The notes under the pieces were generated by a model that was not told where the DNA came from, made no database searches, and worked only from the letters and a program-made list of their open reading frames with translations. A stretch of DNA of 63,982 nt, the filler included, from Raillietiella orientalis (Eukaryota): NCBI GenBank assembly GCA_036172245.1. It is 5 parts of 5 records of this genome, joined end to end, with 100 filler letters (N's around TTAATTAATTAA, not from the genome) between each part and the next. Parts side by side here need not be neighbours in the genome. Positions count along the whole stretch, not along the records: positions 39,345 to 51,946 come from JAYWIR010000261.1; 4 more parts are not named here. One strand, 5' to 3'. Positions 39,345 through 49,845 of this stretch are shown in pieces; positions within the stretch are counted from its first letter, which is position 1, and each line of letters begins with the position of its first letter. The translations under genes were made by a program, and so were the position numbers.

Positions 39345-41720
39345 GTCCCATCACAATAGTGAATGCGGACGCCAAGTTGCTGGCTAAGGTTTGGGCAGAG
39401 CGTCTGGGACGGGTTGGCAACATCTTCATCAGCCCGGAACAGACATATGCTATTCCCGGGAGAAGCATGGAGGCGAACCTGTTCCACGCTTCCACCTGGC
39501 TAGAGCTCTACATGAAAGGAGCTTGGTGCGCAGTTGAAATTCCGCTGCGTGCGCCGGCAAGCGGTTGGATGGTCGGGTGGGAAAGGGAGCCCTTGCGGTC
39601 GCAATGGACTTGCGAAAAGCATTCGATTGCGTCGACCAGAATCTCCTTCTGGAGCTTCTGGAACGCTTGGGCTTCCCGGCCTCATTAGTGGCCTATCTGC
39701 GCTCCTGCTCGCGCGACGCGCTCATCAATGTTACTTTCAGCTGGCAGACCGTGCACGGCGTGCCGGTGTGGCGTCAGATCTGGCAAGGAGACAACCTGAG
39801 CCCCTTGGTCTTCAGTACCTACTTTGTGTTGGTACTGAGAGCGTACAGGGGAACTCTGGCGCACCTGCCGCACGACTGTGCCGGTTCGCCGGCAGTTTAA
39901 GCATACGCGGACGACCTTCTGCTGCTGCTATCTATGTCCACCCCGGCTGCGGAGGTCGAGGAGTTCTTCGACCTGCTGCATCGGGGAACCGGAATTACGG
40001 TGAACAGGGCGAAGTCGTCCGTGATGCCAGTTGGTGCGGCGTGGGCAGGGCAGCAGGACTGGGTCCGTTTAAGGATCCCCAGGGTGAGGTACTTCAATTA
40101 CCTTGGTGTGCCGTTGAAGGACTACTCCCCTGCGGAAGCGTGGTCCGGCTGCCTTAAAATGTAGAGACGGCTATCGGCCCGTTCCGAGGCGGCAGGTTTT
40201 TCCTTTCTGAACGGGCGCGGTTTGGAACACGTTCGCGGCTCCTCTCCTTTGCCCCCCGCTTTTTGTTTGCCCTTTCACAGAGAGAATTAAAAAGCGGACA
40301 AAGAACCTCCTCCGTATCGCCCTTTGAGGCAACGGGAGGGCCCGTGTCCGCTTAAAGGACTTGTGCTCTCCTCGTCGGGATGGTGGTCTGGGCCTCCTGA
40401 CGCTGGAGCGGCGAGAGCTTCAGCTCCAGTTCCGCTTGTCGGCACTCGTTCCAGAGTTGTGGTGCACCTGTTGGTGCGTCCCTGCACGTCTCCTTCTCCA
40501 GCAAGCCACCGGCAAGACGGGACTGACGTCGTTTCTTGCACTCCGTTGCCGCGTCAACCGATGCTGACTCCAGCTACGGAGGGTGGCTGCGCTGTATCGG
40601 AAAAATCCAGGATTGCTCAGCTGTCTCCCGATGAACGGTAGTGCCTGGTTGCAGGAATCCGTTCGAACGTGGGGACAGTTCGGCATGCAACGCTGCCAAC
40701 AGGAACGAAGGTTCCTGTTTGGGGGTTACAGAAGTTGCACGCTCCGCGAGATCCTGGAGGATCCAAAGAAGAGAGCGTGGGCAGGAAGAACCCTCCTCGC
40801 AGCTGCGCTGCCCTCCCTGATGGAAGATCTGGACAGCAATGTTGCGGCCAAGTGGTAAATTTCAGTTACAAACTCCGGAAAGGAGAAGAAGGTAGGAGAG
40901 TAAAAGACGGGCCAGTTAACAGACGCTGCGTCACCGAGTACGCCTCCCAATGGACTTCTGCGCTGGGGCGCGCTGCTCGATGTTCCCATTGAACATCTGA
41001 AGTGGCTCCCGGTGCTCATGAGCACTTACGCTCTTCCCTTAAAATGGCAGGAGTCGGCTCTCCTGTTGCAGCACTGGGGACTCCCCTGCAACGCCCGCCG
41101 ACACCACTGGACTTAAGGTGCGGTGGACCCCAATGGCGTCAGGTGTGGGGAACGGGATTCCCTCCCCCACATGCTAGTGGATTGTGTTGCTTTTCGACCC
41201 CTTTGGTTTCGCTTTGCCGCGGCCATCGGAATCCCCTGCGGCAACCCCAGGGACGCACGAAAAGTCCTCTTCGTTGCCGACGTTCTTCGCCCAGCGGCCT
41301 CGTTAGCAGCTTTGTGCTGCCTACGCGGGATCGTCACCGCTTGGAGCAAGGCTAAGGGAGGACAACGCGACCAGAGTGCCATCCAGCTAACCTTCCAGTT
41401 TCTGAAGAGGGCGTCCCGATGGCCCTACCTGGATCCAGGAATACAGAAGGAGCTTGCCGGCATCCTGCAAAGGATGCAACGGCACCACCAGCAACTGCGA
41501 TCCCTTCCCTTACCCTGCCAACTTTTCTTTTTCTTTTTTGTTTTGTTTTTTGTTTTTCCCCCTTCCCCCTGCTGCCGTGGTGGACCGTACCGGTCTGCGA
41601 ACCGGTGACCCGGCAAGCTCTGTGTTTCTTCGTGCGTGGCTGGAGCAATGGTCCAGTCACCGCACGTCTTTGTAAAAGTTTATTTTACAATAAACGCCCC
41701 GGCGAAATCCGGGTGAAAAT
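39345..41720 (+). mobile_element. Tx1/L1-like element: RT through 3' terminus (pseudogene)
   Basis: PITIVNADAKLL, MDLRKAFDCVDQ, QGDNLSPLVF, AYADDLLL, FNYLGVPL, DGGLGL, CGERDSLPHMLVDC; T-rich UTR, three hairpins, AATAAA at 41689. Confidence 0.93.
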
Positions 41721-41987
41721 CCAACGCCTTGTGGAGATCGACTGCGAGCGCTAGGGCCCCTTTCTCCGCTCGGGGGTCCCTTCCCAGCCCGGCTAACGGA
41801 CCCAATGTTGGGTTGCCGACTTTCCCTATCCCTTTCTTTTCTCTTCTCTGCAGGTGCACCCATGTGCTTGCGAAGAAGAGGTTGGCATCCATACTTCGCC
41901 CGGGAACAGCATAAGTCTGCTCCGGGCTTATTACGGATTCTGATACCTGCCCCAGACGCGAAGCCCATAGCCCTGTTATCAACTTGG
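41720..41987 (-). mobile_element. Short RT fragment of Tx1-like element
   Basis: LWASRLGQVSESVISPEQTYAVPGRSMDANLFF...LAVDLHKA; closely similar to 48840-49106. Confidence 0.9.
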
Positions 41988-42159
41988 GGTGCGGACGTGT
42001 TTTTGTAGCGCTCCTCCGCGCCTGGTGTAAAGCGTTTGATTCCGATTGTGTTTGTGTGTGAAGCATCTGCGGTGTCCAATGGCAGAAATGCCTAAGGACA
42101 CCGCGATGGATATAGGAGGGGGAGAGGCTTGCTGCCCTCCCCAACCCACGGAGGTGGGG

Positions 42160-42350
42160 GCAACCGCCTCCACGGAGGCGACGGCTGCCGCACCCCTGAA
42201 AAAGGGGGCAACCGCCGCCTCGGAAGTGTGGGCAAAGGCCCCCTTGAAAAAGGGAACAAAAGCCCCGCTGAACAGGGTGCAACCGCCCCCCTGAAAAAGG
42301 GGACAACCGCAACCCTTGAAAAGGGCGCAACCGCCTCCTTGAAAAAGAGA
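42160..42350 (+). repeat. 24-bp coding minisatellite x8 (ATAPLKKG-like octapeptide) in the ORF1 N-terminus
   Basis: GCAACCGCCCCCCTGAAAAAGGGG-like units; one 23-bp unit causes the ORF1 frameshift. Confidence 0.85.
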
Positions 42351-43784
42351 GCACCTGTACCCTCGAATGCGTCTTCGGCATCGCCGAACACCTGGAGTTC
42401 AGAGGCTGCAGCCCCATCTCCTGCAGCCCTCGCCGAGCAGAAAGCCTACCTGGAGCAGGGATACAAGCCGTCCCTGATATACAAGGTAGGCAATCTGTTT
42501 ATCGGGAACACCGCTCGCAACTTCGAAAGGGAGTTGCAGCGGTTGAATGTAAAAGAGGAAGACCTGGAAGGTCTTTCCGTGTTGAGTGGTGGTCAACGGC
42601 TGGAGGTGACTTGCAGAAATGGAAGCCTTGCTCAACACCTCCTGAATACGCCAATCAAACTGGAAGGCCGAAAGGTTTTTTCGGTAAAGGAGGATCGCTC
42701 CGTGGTGACGCACCTCACGGGAGTCACCCTCCGCATGTCGAAAGCTGACGTGCAGGAGGAACTAGGAAAATACGGAACGGTTCACGCGCTATGGCCCAAG
42801 CCCATCGTCTTCCAAAGTTACGGAAGACTGTATAGTGGCATGGCTGGTGCGCGTGTAACCGTCCACGAAAACGGTGGGCTACACCACAAACTAGACGTCG
42901 GCAACGAGACCGTCGACGTCTGGTACGTGGACAAGCCCAAGTACTATGGACACTGTGATGCCACTGGGCACCTGAAAAAGCGGTGCCCTCACATCCAGTG
43001 TTCCCACTGTGGAGAGAAGGGCCACCTCCGCAAAGTGTGCCCGAAACGCGAACCCCCGGCTTCCGCTGCCTTGAAAAAGACCAAAGGGAAACGCGCGGGG
43101 GCTACGGAAAAGCCAGCGAAGGCATCCGTGAGACGGAACCCACAGCAGGAGCCCGAGCCCGTGCAGCAATCGCCCATCGTGGAATCCACCGACGACGCTG
43201 AAAAGAGCGAAGGCTGGCAGAAGGCGAAGCCTATAGCCAAGAAAATTTAGAAAACCGAAGGGTCGACAGCGGAACCCGCGACCTCTCCTTTAAATAGGAG
43301 ACAACGCCGCGCGTTGATCCGCGAATGTTCGGTCGCTTTGGAGGGTGTGGAGGTACCCGAGACCGCCACCGGGGGAGATATCTCCCGCGTCGACGCCGAC
43401 GATAACGCGATCACGGAAGGCGAACCCTCTGTGCAAACAGAGGGGGAACCGCGCGAAGCGCTCGCCGCGATCGACGAGGCCGCCTTCCAGCAGGCGGCGG
43501 AAGAGCTCGCGGCCGAACTCGCGGAGCGTGAGAACGGCGCGCGAAAGGCCTTGCGAAGGCCGGCCGCGACCAGGGCACCTCCGACAGGTGACCACGACAC
43601 GGATGCCGGAAGTGCGTCCTCTTCCACGGAGGCGCCTCCGAAGAAGACTGGACGGAAGTCCAAGAATCCCAAGAGGCGCATCCCGACAAAGAAGGAGGGG
43701 GACGCACCGGCAGCCGAGGGGGAAGCCGGCAGCGTGGGAACGGAGGGAGGAATTTTCCCACCCTCCGCCACCGAGCAGCCGGCC

Positions 43785-44030
43785 ACCCCCATGGAGGAAG
43801 GGGAGCAGGTAGGGCATTGCCTTCCCCTTCCACCGGTGGAGCCTGCGGAGAAGATGGTCATGGAAGAGGGGGAGCAGACAGCTGAGAACCGCTCCCCCCT
43901 GCCGTCCAACGCAGTCGAGGAATTGGCCCCCATGGAAGAGGGGAAGCAGGTGCGTGAAGCATGCTCCCTTCAACCGTTGCGGTCCGCCAAGGAATCGGCC
44001 CCCATGGAGGTGGGAGAACCGCTGGGCGGT
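43785..44030 (+). repeat. 69-72-bp degenerate coding repeat x4 (PMEEGEQ) in the ORF1 C-terminus
   Basis: ATGGA(G/A)G at 43791, 43860, 43932 and 44004. Confidence 0.75.
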
Positions 44031-44098
44031 GCCCTCATGCCTCCATCCGTCCCGCCCGACCAGGTGGCGGAAGCCCTATTGCCACTTTCCCGGGAATA

Positions 44099-46170
44099 AC
44101 ACCTGGGCTCGGCTGTCGCCGATTGCATGTGGCATGCTGGAACGTCCACGGGCTGCGCGACGACAGCAACAGACGGGACACGGCAGCCACCCTGCGTGAC
44201 TTCGACCTAACACTCCTGCAGGAGATCCACGTGATCACCAGGGAGAACGCCCAGGAGATCGAAAGGATCGCAGGGGGGCGGCTGGTGTGGCAATGCGGCA
44301 CCTGATACACCTGCGGCGTCGCGTTTTCCATGAAGCCGGCGGTCGACGCTGCCGTGAAGGGCGTGCGCTTCGACAAAGCCGGACGTGTCAGCCAGCTGAC
44401 TCTCAGATGGTCCGACACGATCGACCTCGTCGTAACAAACGTATACGCCCCGATCGGTTATAACAGGTACCGGGAACGCGCGGCGTTCCTGGAAAGCCTG
44501 AAGCACGACTGGCTGGTGGAAGAGAACGTGCGCGTGGCTCACCTGATAGCGGGAGACTTCAATCTCCGCCTGCTATCAGGTGAGCCACGCACACTGGAAC
44601 GGACGGCTAACGAGTTGTACGGCGCTCGAGGATTTCTTCGAGTTGCTATACCGTGGGACAGGCCTCCCGGTAAACAGGACGAAATCGTCGTTGCTTTTCA
44701 CCGACTCGACGAGGGCCGGACGGTCGGAATGGATCCGCTTGGGGATCCCCACGGGCAGGTACATCAAGTACCTTGGCGTTCCGTTGGGGGACTTCTGCTC
44801 TGCAGAAGCCTGGTCCGACCGTCTACAAAAGGTGGAGCTGGCGATCGGCCCGTTCCGGGACGGCAAGTTCCACTTGCAGGAACGGGCCACTGTATGGAAC
44901 GCTTTCGCGGACCCCCTCCTTCGCCCCCTACTTTTTGTGTGTCCTACACCTTACCAAATTAGGACACGGACTAGGGGCCTTATACGTAAAGCCCTCTGGG
45001 GCAACCGGAGGCCTCGCGTCCGCCTCAATGACTTGTGCGCTCCACGCAAGGACGGTGGACTTGGTCTCCTGACGCTGGAGCGCATGGAGCGATAGCTCCA
45101 ATTCAGAAAACTTGCCCTTGTGGCAAAGTTTTGGACAGCACCCTGGTGTGCACCAGCAAGACTCCTTGCTCACATGGCAACCGGCTGCTTCGGATTGACT
45201 TCAATCCTGGTAGCCAACGAACGCAGCCTGAACCATTGTGGTTATCAGCTGCGGGATTTGGTTGCTCTGATGAGAGACAACCCTTGGATCTCCTGCATCC
45301 CAGCGGACTGTACTTCCTGGCTTCAGGAGTCCATATCCGCATGGGCGAAGATCAATGGCACCAGCGATGAGGACTTCTCCTGCCTCCGCAGAGGGAGGCA
45401 CGCTGGTCAGTTACTCCAGGAGATTGCTTCCAACCCACGGAAACTTCTGTGGGCTTCCTTCACCATCCTTGCCCCAGTGCTGCCCTCCCTCAGGGAAGTT
45501 CAAGACAGCCACCAACAGGCATCGTGGGAAGAGTCCTGCCTCATCGGAGGCAGGAAGAAATCACTGAAGGCGTGGACGCCGAAAGAACTAGCGGACGCTA
45601 GTACCCCGAGTGTCCCGTCGAACGGACTTTTACGCTGGGGCGCGCTGCTCGGTATACCTCCGGAGGAGGTGAAGTGGCCCCCAGCGTCATGGGACAACGG
45701 CACCCTTTCCCTGCAGTGGAAGGAGACGGCGTTGCTGCTGCTCCACTGGGGACTTTTAAGCAGAGCACGCCTGTCTCGGGAGACATCGGGGAATGTGGAT
45801 GCTAGTTGTGCAGAGTGCGGGGAAAGGGAGACCTTCCCTCACTTGATTCTGAAGTGTGTTGCCCTCCACGAAATGTGGGACAGACTCTCGTCGATCCTCA
45901 ACATTCCGGAGGGTGACCCAAAAATTAATTCAGACGTCTTCTGACGCGAGACGGCTTGCCAGCCTCCGGGAGCGTAGCAGTGCTCTGCTGCATACGCGGT
46001 ATCCTGGAAAAGTAAACCGCGTCTAGAAGAGGAAAGACCAGCCGGAATGCCATCCACTGGGCAGCGATCTCCTTGGACAAAGCGTGCCGTTGGCGCTGAC
46101 TTCAAAAACATTTACCGGCACTTGTTCGCATCCGAAACCGGATGCAAATGCCTGCTCACGGCGCACTGTG
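44099..46170 (+). pseudogene. ORF2 remnant: APE endonuclease N-half fused by deletion to the post-YADD RT/thumb/C-terminus
   Basis: ACWNVHGL, LLQEIH, GVAF, TNVYAP, IAGDFN, then (after ~44600) EDFFELL...VNRTKS, IKYLGVPL, DGGLGL, CAECGERETFPHLILKC. Confidence 0.9.
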
Positions 46171-46422
46171 ATCCCCTCCCCCCCCTCCCCCTCCCCAGGA
46201 AACTTTACTCTCCAGACGTTTTTCTTTTTTTTTTTTTGTTTTGTTTTATTTTTCCCGTCCCGGCGCCAGTGAAAAGCCTTATCGACCTCCGGGTCGGTAA
46301 AGACAAGTGCTACTGAACTTCTGACGTCGTAAAAAGAAAAATTTTAACAACAGAGACTTTGTTACAAAATTTTGTAACTTCAAAATATTAGTAATAAAAG
46401 CCCCGGTATGCCCGGGTGAAAA

Positions 46423-46600
46423 ACCTGGTACACCAAGCTGGGCTTGTACCCAGCTGCCCGGTAGGCCGCCATCTCGGCCACGGTTTCCGCGCTCGGCGCA
46501 GCCACCATGGCGCTCCAGCTCCTCGCCTAAGGCAACGAGGGCGATTCCGGGGCGGACGCCCCTGATTCTGTAGGCTGTGGGGGTAGGCAAGCCTCCCCTA
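46423..46600 (-). mobile_element. Possible ORF1 fragment of a more distant Tx1-like subfamily
   Basis: AYRIRGVRPGIALVALGEELERHG resembles THLTGVTLRMSKADVQEELGKYG. Confidence 0.4.
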
Positions 46601-46746
46601 CACCTACCTCCATCGTAATGTCCTCAGGCATCGCTGCCATCGGACACCAACGATGTTCCACACCAAAAAAGACAAGAAAAAACCGCTTCCTGTCGACTCA
46701 CTCGGGAGCGAAGGAAAAACACGTCCACTCGTCAAGGGATTCGGCG

Positions 46747-49700
46747 TTATCACCCGGGTACGCCCCAGGCGTTTATTAATAAACTTTACATGCGTGATAC
46801 AAGGCCCCACCACGGCCGTAAACACAGGACCTGTCGGGAAACCGGGACGCAGACCGGCGTGGCACTCCCCGAAAGCGAAAGGGGATGAGGGAAAAAACAA
46901 AAAGAAAAATAAAGAAATAAAAAACAAAAAGACTTTGGAGGGCAGGAAAGAGATCACTGGACGCTGTGAGGAGGGCCCATCCTTCGAAGAAAGCCCTCGA
47001 AGTCTTTCCGCATATCTCCCAGCTGGGGCCATCCGGCAGCTCTCCGCAAGAAGCGTTGGGCATACAGGATGACATCCCTCGCCTGTGGACCCACTCCTTC
47101 GTTGTTGGCGTCGCTCCATGCCGCCACGATGCCACGGACGCAGCACAAGGCTGCGATGGCTGCGGCTGGCTGCAGTGCGTCCTTCACGAAGAGGGGTCAA
47201 AGAACGTCTCTGGGGTTGCTACCCGTAGGGAGCCCGAGGGTCGTTTCGAACCCTTCCCAAAGGGGTCGGAGGGCAGCACAATCCGCAATAAGGTGGAGAA
47301 GCAACTTCCGCTCCCCGCACCAGGCACACGCAGGATCCACAGCTCCTTTCGTCCAGTGGAAGCGGCGCGCGTTGCACGGTAGACCCCAGAGCAACAGGAG
47401 CAACGCCGACTCTTGCCACTGAGGGGCAGGATCCTGGATTCTTTCATCACCGGGGGCCACTTCAGCTCATCCCTGGGGATGGCGAGCAGCTCGCCCCATC
47501 TTAATAACCCTTGCGGCTGGACGCTCGGGGTCGCGGCGTCGGCCAGTTCTCCTGTTGTCCAGCCACTAATCAACTTCTCGCGTCTCTCGATGCAGCAGGA
47601 GACTTGCCACCTCGGCGTCCGGCTGCTGTGAAGTGCCCTCCTCAGGAAAAGCAGCGCCGTAGCTAGGCAGGTCGTCTCTGCCCACGTGCATCTTGCTGGA
47701 CTCTCCAGGAGATTACGCAGCGTGCAGCGGGCGTAGGGGCTGCATCGGAGACGATTCCACGTCTCGTGGCTTCTCTGGTTGACTACTGCCCACGTTCCAA
47801 TATTCTCCTCCAGCCAGGCGGGGGAGTTGGCGGGGCAGCAAACCATCCAGCTGTTCTCCTTGGCCAATGTTGCCATGCGCCCGAGCAGAAGGCCGCATCT
47901 ACGCATCTTCCGGCCACGGCTCAGAAGAAAAGAAGCGAGTCCATCGCACCGGGACACACGGCTGTCCAGGAGGCGGGCCGGAATGCACCAAGGGGTGCTC
48001 CACATCTTCGGTGCGATGGCGAGGGTTCGCCACCGCAGCTGCTTCTCCACGCGCTCCAGCGTCAGGAGGCAAAGACCGCCGTCCCGACGCGGAGCGCACA
48101 AGTCCTTCAGAGGCACTCGGGTACTCACCTTGCCCCAAAGGGCGATACGGAGGAGGGCCTTCGTCCTCTTCCCGGATTCCACGGTGATGGGGCAAACAAA
48201 AAGCAAGGGGCGGAGGATGGGGGCCACAAAGGCTTTTCAAACCGCGGCCCCTTCCCGCAAGTGAAACTTGCCTTCCTGGAACGGGCCGATCGCCGTCTCG
48301 ACTTTTTGGAGGCACCTGGACCACGCTTCCGCAGGGGAGTAGTCCATCAACGGCACATCAAGGTACTTTAAGCACATCGCCGTGGGGATCATCAGACGGA
48401 CCGAGTCCTGCTGCCCTGCCCACGCCGCACCTATTGGCACAAGCGACGACTTCGCCCTGTTAACCTGCAGTCCGGTCCCGAGGCTGAGCAGATCAAAGAA
48501 GTCTCCGACCGCCTTTGCCGGGGTGGACATTGGCAACAAGAGCAGAAGATCGTCGGCGTACGCTGCTACGGCGGGCGTGCCGGGGCACGAGCTCGGCAAT
48601 GGGGCCAGAGTCACCCTGTTCGCTCTCAGCGCCAACTCAAAGTAGGTGCTGAAGAGCAGGGTGCTGAGGCTATGTCCCTGCCTTATGCCCCGCCGAACCG
48701 GCACGCCATGCACCTTGTGACTGCTGAAAGAGACGGTATTTATCGCATTCCGCCAGCAAGAGCGCAGGTAGGAAATCAGGGAGGGTGGAAACACCATGCG
48801 ACCCAGGAGCTCCAAGAGGAGTTCCTGGTCTACACAGTCGAACGCCTTGTGGAGATCGACTGCGAGCTCTAGGGCCCCCTTCCCCGTCCAAGAGTCCATT
48901 CCCTGCCCTGCTGGCGGTTCCAAAGTGGGGTTGCCGATTTTTCCTTTCCCTTCCTTTTGACACCTCTGCGCGTGCATCCATGTGCTCGCGAAGAAGAGGT
49001 TGGCATCCATACTTCGCCCGGGAACAGCATATGTCTGCTCCGGGCTAATTATGGATTCTGTCGCCTGCCCCAGACGCGAAGCCCATTGCCCGGCAACCAA
49101 CTTGGCGTCCGTATTCACAATCGTGATCGGACGCCAGTTGTTCAAATTCCTAAGGTCTCCCCCTTTCAGAAGGAGCCTCACTCTGGCTGAACGAAACGAT
49201 GCGGGAACATCGCCTTCGTCTCGGATCAGCCTTGTCAGCTGAAGCAGCAGAGGTGCCAGCTCTTCCGCGAAGCTCTGATAGAACTCCGCGGGCAAGCCGT
49301 CTTTCCCTGGAGCTTTCCGTTTCTTGAGCCTTTTGATACCGGCGACAATTTCGCCGGTGGTAAAAGGCTCATCGAGGCTTAACGACTCCTCCTCCCCTAT
49401 TGCCGCAGCACCATCCGGAAGCAAGAGTTGAGATTCATCTTGATCCGGGGGCGCCCTGGCGTAAAGGGAGGAATAATAACTCCGCACGAGATGCCGTACC
49501 GACGCCGGGGACGAACATTCCCGGCCCTGGTCGTCCAGCAAGCTGGCCGACCCGGATTGCCAGGCTTGGCGTTCGGCCCCGGCGCGGTACTCGGCCAGGC
49601 GACGGACATTAGGGGTTCGCTCGTACCTACGGGCCTGTAAATAGGCCCGATGGTTGCGAGAACCCTGGTCGAATCCGGAGGGTAGGCGTTCCAGGGGGAA

Positions 49701-49765
49701 CTACTCGCAGAACACCCGGACCGATTCTTTAAAAAGGTCCCAGTCCTGGAGATTCCGCAGCGTCC
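46747..49765 (-). mobile_element. Tx1/L1-like element, 5'-truncated (EN-RT linker to 3' terminus); best-preserved RT in the window
   Basis: LQDWDLFKESVRVFC linker, 434-aa open RT, frameshifted thumb and C-terminus (LWGLPCNARR, CAWCGERKLLLHLIADC), T-rich UTR, AATAAA at 46777-46772 plus hairpin. Confidence 0.93.
48237..49541 (-). CDS. Non-LTR reverse transcriptase domain (open segment of a disrupted ORF2)
   Basis: KAPGKDGLPAEFY, NWRPITIVNTDAKL, VDLHKAFDCVD, RGIRQGHSLSTLLF, AYADDLLL, VNRAKS, KYLDVPL. Confidence 0.9.
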   Translation of the reverse strand: MLDDQGRECSSPASVRHLVRSYYSSLYARAPPDQDESQLLLPDGAAAIGEEESLSLDEPFTTGEIVAGIKRLKKRKAPGKDGLPAEFYQSFAEELAPLLLQLTRLIRDEGDVPASFRSARVRLLLKGGDLRNLNNWRPITIVNTDAKLVAGQWASRLGQATESIISPEQTYAVPGRSMDANLFFASTWMHAQRCQKEGKGKIGNPTLEPPAGQGMDSWTGKGALELAVDLHKAFDCVDQELLLELLGRMVFPPSLISYLRSCWRNAINTVSFSSHKVHGVPVRRGIRQGHSLSTLLFSTYFELALRANRVTLAPLPSSCPGTPAVAAYADDLLLLLPMSTPAKAVGDFFDLLSLGTGLQVNRAKSSLVPIGAAWAGQQDSVRLMIPTAMCLKYLDVPLMDYSPAEAWSRCLQKVETAIGPFQEGKFHLREGAAV

Positions 49766-49845
49766 AGCGGACGTGTCTTTTCGTTGCTCCTGAGTTTTAT
49801 TTCCGTTGGTGCTTGTGCGTGGTGTGGGTGGAGGATTAGGCAGCA

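Larger units (their letters stand above)
42079..44099 (+). pseudogene. ORF1 (gag-like; RRM-like region + two CCHC knuckles + low-complexity tail); one frameshift (~42270) and one in-frame stop (43248-43250)
   Basis: THLTGVTLRMSKADVQEELGKYGTV and GHCDATGHLKKRCPHIQCSHCGEKGHLRKVCP. ORFs 42129-43250 and 43314-44099 share a frame. Confidence 0.88.
41990..46422 (+). mobile_element. Tx1/L1-like element with both putative termini and an internally deleted ORF2
   Basis: 5' GCGGACGTGT motif, ORF1, APE N-half, RT 3' part, C-terminus, UTR and AATAAA-hairpin end in the expected order. Confidence 0.88.

Noticed and set aside
41981..46428. AACTTGG/AACCTGG as the target-site duplication of the 41990-46422 element
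   Set aside because: Only 6/7 match, and the left host (RT) does not continue on the right flank.
46841..46858. Twister ribozyme (GCCGG-N8-CCGG resembles twister P4)
   Set aside because: The loop lacks the conserved twister residues and no upstream UAA cleavage motif or pseudoknot partners are visible; no hammerhead or HDV core was found by eye either.
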